Source: Candidatus Saccharimonadota bacterium
GTDB taxonomy: Bacteria; Pseudomonadota; Gammaproteobacteria; Enterobacterales; Enterobacteriaceae
Reading direction: 5' to 3'
DNA: 32,000 nucleotides
NCBI RefSeq assembly: GCF_000090965.1
Contig: NC_008513.1
Span: 360,001 to 392,000, forward strand
Shown here: positions 27,551 through 32,000 of the stretch, one piece after another
Numbering within the stretch: position 1 is the first letter of the stretch
Layout of the letters: each line of letters begins with the position of its first letter
The notes under the pieces: model-generated
Told to the model about the DNA's origin: nothing
Databases searched by the model: none
The model's input: only the letters and a program-made list of their open reading frames with translations
Position numbers and translations under genes: made by a program

Positions 27551-28974
27551 ATTAAATTATTTATATAATTAATATTTCTTTTTATATATTTAAATAAATC
27601 TTCCAGTAGAATAAAATTCTTATCATTTTTATTAAATTTTAATTGAAATTTTTTAATCTTTTCAAAATATTCTTCTAATTTAATAAAATTAATTTTATTT
27701 TTACAATAAAATTGCCATTTTTTTATTTCATTAAAATTTAATAATTTAATAAAATTTCTTGCTTTTAAACGAAAAAATAATTTTTTAATTCTGTTATCTA
27801 AAAAATTAGCACTCCAGCCCATCCATTTTTTAGGTTCATTTTTATGAATAAAAGATAATAAACAACGATCAGAATTTAAAAAAAAATTATTATATAACAT
27901 TAAATCAATATCATTTATTTTTTCTTTTTTCTTATATGAAAAACACGATATAATCCAATTTTTTATTAAAAAATTATTTTTTAATAAAAAAAAATTTTTT
28001 TGACATTTTAAATAATCAATATTTAATCTAATACAATGTTTCAAGGAAACTGAATTATAAGAAAAAAAAAGAGGTGATTTGCTTATTGAAACAACTTTAA
28101 TACCAACATTAAATAATTTTTTTATTGAAATTAAACATGTAGAATATTTTTTATATAAATTAAATATTTTTTTAAAATCACTAGATAAATCAAAAATAAC
28201 TATATTATTCTTATATAAAGGATGTAAACCAATATACATTATACAACCAAAATTATAATTAATAGATCCGAAAAAACTAGAAATATAAAAAAATGGTTTA
28301 TTTATATTATTCAATAAAAAAGAAGATATATATTTTTTTTTAGAAATCATATATAAATATAAAAAAAAATTTTTATATTTAGAAAATAAATATTTTGTAA
28401 TTAAAAAAGTTGCATATACATCAGAATATGCATCATGAATATGAATATGTTTGATATTATTAACTAACGTAATATCAGATAATTTAAAACTAACTGTTCC
28501 ATTACTATTATAATACCAACACATAGATTTTGGTAAAAAAATATAAAACGCACGTAAAATATTTAATATATCCCAACTAAAATTATTATTTTTCCAACTC
28601 CATTCATAAGGATCAAATAAATTTCTATAAAAAATATTACGAGTAATTAAATTATCAAAATTAATATTATTATATCCAATAATACATATATTTTTTTGTG
28701 AAAAAATATCATGTATTTTTTTAGAAAGAAAATACTCATTTAAACCATATTTATAAGTATACTGAGGTAAAATTTTTGTAATTAAAATAGCTTCTGGATC
28801 AGGTAAATAATCAATAGGGGGGTAGCAAAATAAAATGGTTTTTTTTATAATATAAGAAAATTTATTATCTGTTTCAATACTACAAAATTGAGAAACTTTA
28901 TCTAAAGCAACGTTTTTTCCGAAAGTTTCATAATCATAAAATATAATTTTTTTTTTTGAAAAATATTCACAAAT
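27547..28974 (-). CDS. sbcB: Exodeoxyribonuclease I, with an anomalous start (no in-frame ATG/GTG/TTG before the catalytic N-terminus)
   Basis: The frame is open from 28977 to the stop at 27547. Manual translation upstream of the track ORF gives ..KKKIIFYDYETFG..ILITKILPQ..IIGYNNINFDNLITRNIFYRNLFDPYEWSW.., followed by HIHDAYSDVYAT in the track ORF. These are the exonuclease motifs of ExoI. An in-frame ATT at 28974-28972 sits 9 nt after an AAGGA Shine-Dalgarno and would give 475 aa, the length I recall for E. coli ExoI. A GTG at 28970-28968 is out of frame across a T11 run (A11 on the coding strand) at 28947-28957. Confidence 0.8.
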   Translation of the reverse strand: MCEYFSKKKIIFYDYETFGKNVALDKVSQFCSIETDNKFSYIIKKTILFCYPPIDYLPDPEAILITKILPQYTYKYGLNEYFLSKKIHDIFSQKNICIIGYNNINFDNLITRNIFYRNLFDPYEWSWKNNNFSWDILNILRAFYIFLPKSMCWYYNSNGTVSFKLSDITLVNNIKHIHIHDAYSDVYATFLITKYLFSKYKNFFLYLYMISKKKYISSFLLNNINKPFFYISSFFGSINYNFGCIMYIGLHPLYKNNIVIFDLSSDFKKIFNLYKKYSTCLISIKKLFNVGIKVVSISKSPLFFSYNSVSLKHCIRLNIDYLKCQKNFFLLKNNFLIKNWIISCFSYKKKEKINDIDLMLYNNFFLNSDRCLLSFIHKNEPKKWMGWSANFLDNRIKKLFFRLKARNFIKLLNFNEIKKWQFYCKNKINFIKLEEYFEKIKKFQLKFNKNDKNFILLEDLFKYIKRNINYINNLI

Positions 28975-29044
28975 TTTTTATTATCCTTAATATCAAGAAA
29001 TATTAACTAAGTAACTTATAATAAAATTACATATAATATTTTTT

Positions 29045-29117
29045 CTCCCCCGACTGGACTCGAACCAGTGACATACGGATTAACAGTCCGCCGTTCTACC
29101 AACTGAACTACAGAGGA
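29045..29117 (-). tRNA. tRNA-Asn (anticodon GUU)
   Basis: The minus strand reads TCCTCTGTAGTTCAGTTGGTAGAACGGCGGACTGTTAATCCGTATGTCACTGGTTCGAGTCCAGTCGGGGGAG. This is nearly identical to recalled E. coli tRNA-Asn. Anticodon loop CTGTTAA. No encoded CCA. Confidence 0.96.
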
Positions 29118-29223
29118 ATAAATAATTATATATCACGTAAAAATTTTTATGTCAACAAAAATATTATTTTTTAGTAGAAAAAAAAAAAAAAGATTAATTT
29201 ATATAATTTTTATAAAAAAAACA

Positions 29224-29252
29224 TAGATAAGTATGTAAATTTGTTTTATAAT
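29224..29252 (+). promoter_or_regulatory. Candidate sigma70-type promoter for tRNA-Ile2
   Basis: TAGATA, 17 nt, then a perfect TATAAT, about 40 nt upstream of the tRNA. TATAAT is frequent by chance in this composition. Confidence 0.2.
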
Positions 29253-29290
29253 ATATTTTAAATTAAAAAATATTTTTTATAAAAAATAAA

Positions 29291-29363
29291 GGCCTTTTAG
29301 CTCAGTGGTTAGAGCAAACGACTCATAATCGTTAGGTCGCTGGTTCAAATCCAGCAAGGGCCA
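29291..29363 (+). tRNA. ileX: tRNA-Ile2 (gene anticodon CAT; lysidine-type minor isoleucine tRNA, ileX-like)
   Basis: GGCCTTTTAGCTCAGTGGTTAGAGCAAACGACTCATAATCGTTAGGTCGCTGGTTCAAATCCAGCAAGGGCCA is colinear with recalled E. coli tRNA-Ile2 (GGCCCCUUAGCUCAGUGGUUAGAGCAGGCGACUCAUAAUCGCUUGGUCGCUGGUUCAAGUCCAGCAGGGGCCA). It does not resemble elongator or initiator tRNA-Met. No encoded CCA. Confidence 0.88.
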
Positions 29364-29449
29364 TATTATTATGTTTTTCATATATAAATATTTATTATTA
29401 ATAATATATATATCCTTATTTCATAAATATTTTATATTAAATTTTATTT

Positions 29450-29854
29450 TTATAAATATATAAATTTAATTTTTTTATTTGAAAAAATAAATACTTTTGC
29501 AATTTTATCTCCAGGTTTAATACAAATTTTTTTTTTACTACAATTCCAAAAAGAAATCTTTAATTCTCCAGGATTAAAAAAATTTATAAAATTATAAAAA
29601 TTTCCTAAAACTATTTTTTTATTATTTTTACATTTAAAAAAAGATTTAATATTAATATTAATATTATTTTTAAATATATATAATAATATTCCAGTTGGAA
29701 TTAAAAAAGTTTGATTAATATCAATATATATTTTTTTTTTTATACATGCTCGTAAAAAAAAACCTGATATATCACCAGATATAATTTCAGGAAATGGAAA
29801 AACAGTACCAATTCTGGTATCAAAAATTTTAACATTAATATTTAATTTTTTCAT
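29450..29854 (-). CDS. dut: dUTPase (Dut) homolog, intact ORF but catalytic motifs degenerate and C-terminus truncated
   Basis: 134-aa ORF colinear with recalled E. coli Dut: VKIFDTRIG, LRAC, LIPTG, IVLGN, ISFWN and IKPGDKIA. Motifs 1-4 carry substitutions at the catalytic residues and motif 5 is absent. Confidence 0.7.
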   Translation of the reverse strand: MKKLNINVKIFDTRIGTVFPFPEIISGDISGFFLRACIKKKIYIDINQTFLIPTGILLYIFKNNININIKSFFKCKNNKKIVLGNFYNFINFFNPGELKISFWNCSKKKICIKPGDKIAKVFIFSNKKIKFIYL

Positions 29855-29887
29855 ACTTATTTAAAAAAAAATTTTAAATTAAAAAAT

Positions 29888-30337
29888 CTATTTTGATAGA
29901 ATAACTACTTTAAATTCTGTAGAAATATTTTTATATGGTGTAAATAAAACTGTATGAGACCCCAAATAATGTAATAAACCATTAGGTAATTTAATTTCAT
30001 TTTTTTTAATCAATAATCCAAGAGAAATTAATTGTTTTGAAATATCTTTTACACCAATAGAACCAAAAATTTTTCTTTTTTTACTAGATTTCATAAAAAA
30101 AATAATAGCTCCAATAAGTTTAATAGCTTTAATTCTACTATTAGCATAATCAATTTTTTTAGCTTCTTGTTGTTCTTCAAAAAGTCGTTTTTTTTCAAAA
30201 ATTTTAATATTTTCTGAAGTAGCTAATAATGCTTTTTCAAGAGGTATCAAATAATTTCTTGCATATCCATTTTTTACAGTAATTAATTGACCCTTTTTAC
30301 CTAATTTTTCTAATGCATGTAATAGAATTACTTTCAT
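29888..30337 (-). CDS. rplI: 50S ribosomal protein L9 (bL9)
   Basis: 149-aa ORF starting MKVILLHALEKLGKKGQLITVKNGYARNYLIP. L9 N-terminal domain, downstream of rpsR. Confidence 0.96.
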   Translation of the reverse strand: MKVILLHALEKLGKKGQLITVKNGYARNYLIPLEKALLATSENIKIFEKKRLFEEQQEAKKIDYANSRIKAIKLIGAIIFFMKSSKKRKIFGSIGVKDISKQLISLGLLIKKNEIKLPNGLLHYLGSHTVLFTPYKNISTEFKVVILSK

Positions 30338-30394
30338 AATATATAAACCTTAAAAATCAAATATTTTAATAAAAAAGTCATTAAAATTAATTAT

Positions 30395-30622
30395 TTACTT
30401 ATGTTGATCAGTATAAGGTATAAATCCAAGAAAACGAGCTATTTTAATAGCACGAGATAATTGTCTTTGATATTTTGCTTTAGTTCCAGTAATCCTACTA
30501 GGAACTATTTTTCCATTTTCAGTAATATAATTTTTTAATATCATAATATCTTTATAATCTATTTTTTTAATACCTTCAGCAGTAAATCTACAAAATTTTC
30601 TACGACGAAAGTAACGAACCAT
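30395..30622 (-). CDS. rpsR: 30S ribosomal protein S18 (bS18)
   Basis: 75-aa ORF starting [17 protein letters not shown] and containing [34 protein letters not shown]. Confidence 0.98.
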   Translation of the reverse strand: MVRYFRRRKFCRFTAEGIKKIDYKDIMILKNYITENGKIVPSRITGTKAKYQRQLSRAIKIARFLGFIPYTDQHK

Positions 30623-30680
30623 AATATTAATTTCCTGATTAAAATAATAATATTAATTTTTAATATAAAAAAAAATTAAA

Positions 30681-31064
30681 TTATTTTTTTTTTATATTTT
30701 TATTTATTTTTATTACAGAAGAATTTAATTCTTTTTTATTTTCTTCTTTATTTTTAAGAATAGGAGAAATCTTTTTGTGTGCCTTAGTACGAGTAAGAAT
30801 AAAATATCGAATAATATTTATATTAAATTTAAAACTATTTTCTAATTCTTTAATACATTCACTAGATACTTCTATGTTCATCAAAAAATAATGTGCTTTT
30901 TTTAAATTTTTAATAGTATAAGATAATGATCGTTTTCCCCAATCTTCAAAACGATGTATAATTCCTTTATACATATGTATTAATTTATTGTATTCTTCAA
31001 TAATGATAAAAATTTTCTTGTTTTTTTCCGGATTAATCATCAAAATTATTTCATAATGACGCAC
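30681..31064 (-). CDS. rpsF: 30S ribosomal protein S6 (bS6)
   Basis: 127-aa ORF starting MRHYEIILMINPE and containing EDWGKRSLSYTIKNLKKAHYFLMNIE. Confidence 0.96.
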   Translation of the reverse strand: MRHYEIILMINPEKNKKIFIIIEEYNKLIHMYKGIIHRFEDWGKRSLSYTIKNLKKAHYFLMNIEVSSECIKELENSFKFNINIIRYFILTRTKAHKKISPILKNKEENKKELNSSVIKINKNIKKK

Positions 31065-31265
31065 AAATAAAACTCCTTTAAAATAAATATACCTAAAAAC
31101 ATCTATTTTAAATAAACATAAAAACCATTTTTATTTAAATGTTTATTAAAAATTTTAATTCTTAAATTATATCATTAATATATTACTTTTTATAAAAAAA
31201 AATATATTTTTTAAAAAATAATTTATAAATTTAAAATTTTTAAAAGAATACCCAACTATTTCATT

Positions 31266-32000
31266 TTATAAATTTCTATTTAATATTTTATATATTTTAG
31301 TAATTAATAAATCTTTTTTATTGTCTTTAATAAAAATAATATTTGGCCATTTTTTCAACCATGTTAATTGATGTTTTACTAATTTATGAGTAGATTTAAT
31401 TGTTTCTTTAATCATTTGAAAATATGTATATTTATTTTTTAAATATAATAACATTTGTTTATAACCAATACTATTCATTGATGGTAATTTCGGATCTAAA
31501 AATTTCTGATTATATAAATTTTGTACTTCTTTTTTAAATCCACTTTTTAACATAAAAAAAAATCTTTTTTCTATTTTTTTATATAAATGCTCTTTATTAT
31601 CTGGAATTAAACCAAACTGAAAAACTTTATATGGTAATTTATTATGAAAAAATTTAATTAATTCACTTAATGGAAAACCACCAGATACAAAAAAAACTTC
31701 AACTGCTCTTAAAACACGTTGAACATCATTAATATGAATTTTTTTACTAGAAATCGGATCTATTTTTTTTAATAAATTAAATAAATTTTTTTTTTTTTTT
31801 AAACAAATATTTTTAAATATATATTTTCTAATTATAGAATTAGAAGGAGGTAAATTAGCAAATCCGTTTAATAAAATTTTAAAATATAACATGGTACCAC
31901 CCACCAATAGGGGAATTTTTCCAGATTTTAATATATTTTTTATTTCTTTTAAAACATCATTATAAAAATTTATTACAGTATAAATATTTTTAGGTTTTAC
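31266..32000 (-). CDS. miaA: tRNA dimethylallyltransferase MiaA (partial; 5' end beyond the window)
   Basis: The reading frame is open to the window edge. Manual translation of 32000-31908 gives VKPKNIYTVINFYNDVLKEIKNILKSGKIPLLVGGTMLYF, colinear with recalled E. coli MiaA ..AAGRIPLLVGGTMLYF. Downstream motifs are QRVLRAVEVFFVSG, GYKQM and TRQLAKRQ-like HKLVKHQLTWL. Confidence 0.93.
   Translation of the reverse strand, partial: VKPKNIYTVINFYNDVLKEIKNILKSGKIPLLVGGTMLYFKILLNGFANLPPSNSIIRKYIFKNICLKKKKNLFNLLKKIDPISSKKIHINDVQRVLRAVEVFFVSGGFPLSELIKFFHNKLPYKVFQFGLIPDNKEHLYKKIEKRFFFMLKSGFKKEVQNLYNQKFLDPKLPSMNSIGYKQMLLYLKNKYTYFQMIKETIKSTHKLVKHQLTWLKKWPNIIFIKDNKKDLLITKIYKILNRNL

Noticed and set aside
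31111-31147. 9-bp inverted repeat (AATAAACAT / ATGTTTATT) with a 19-nt spacer between miaA and rpsF
   Set aside because: It is A/T-dominated with a long loop and no U-tract. It is within chance expectation for DNA with more than 90% AT.
1-32000. Search for CRISPR arrays, IS elements or transposases, integrases, toxin-antitoxin pairs, restriction or defence genes, or unexplained large ORFs
   Set aside because: Every ORF of 60 aa or more that is not antisense to a better gene is accounted for by a recognisable housekeeping family. The spacers are 50-360 bp of near-pure A/T without repeat-spacer periodicity. I found no evidence for an undescribed system in this window.

Overview
This window is a gene-dense core housekeeping segment from an extremely AT-rich, reduced gammaproteobacterial insect endosymbiont. 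By eye it is roughly one fifth G+C; I did not compute this. Protein sequences and gene order fit Buchnera aphidicola best, but that call rests on recall, not a search.

Gene content on the minus strand:
- spc and S10 ribosomal-protein operons, rplO to rpsJ
- str operon, rpsL-rpsG-fusA-tuf
- tusBCD
- a shortened aroK-aroB-rpe-trpS block
- nfuA, ssb, sbcB
- a degenerate dut
- rplI-rpsR-rpsF
- the 3' part of miaA, cut by the window edge

Gene content on the plus strand: bioH, dusA, dnaB, ruvX(yqgF), hemW(yggW), mutY, yggX.

There are three tRNA genes: Ser-GGA, Asn-GUU and Ile2-CAU. None has an encoded CCA end. rpmD (L30) is missing from the ORF track and was found by manual translation.

I see no CRISPR array, mobile element, defence island or other candidate novel system. 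The window looks like ordinary core genome. What is worth a second look is genome-erosion biology:
- sbcB has no canonical in-frame start, and a candidate GTG start lies one frame off across an 11-nt poly(A) tract.
- The intact dut-derived ORF has lost the catalytic residues of dUTPase motifs 1-4 and lacks motif 5 entirely.
- A 7-codon patch in an otherwise near-invariant DnaB motif looks like a compensated frameshift.
- A predicted metal-ligand His in Rpe is replaced by Pro.
- Many homopolymer tracts of 10-20 nt lie inside coding regions.
- There is one convincing intrinsic terminator, downstream of tuf.
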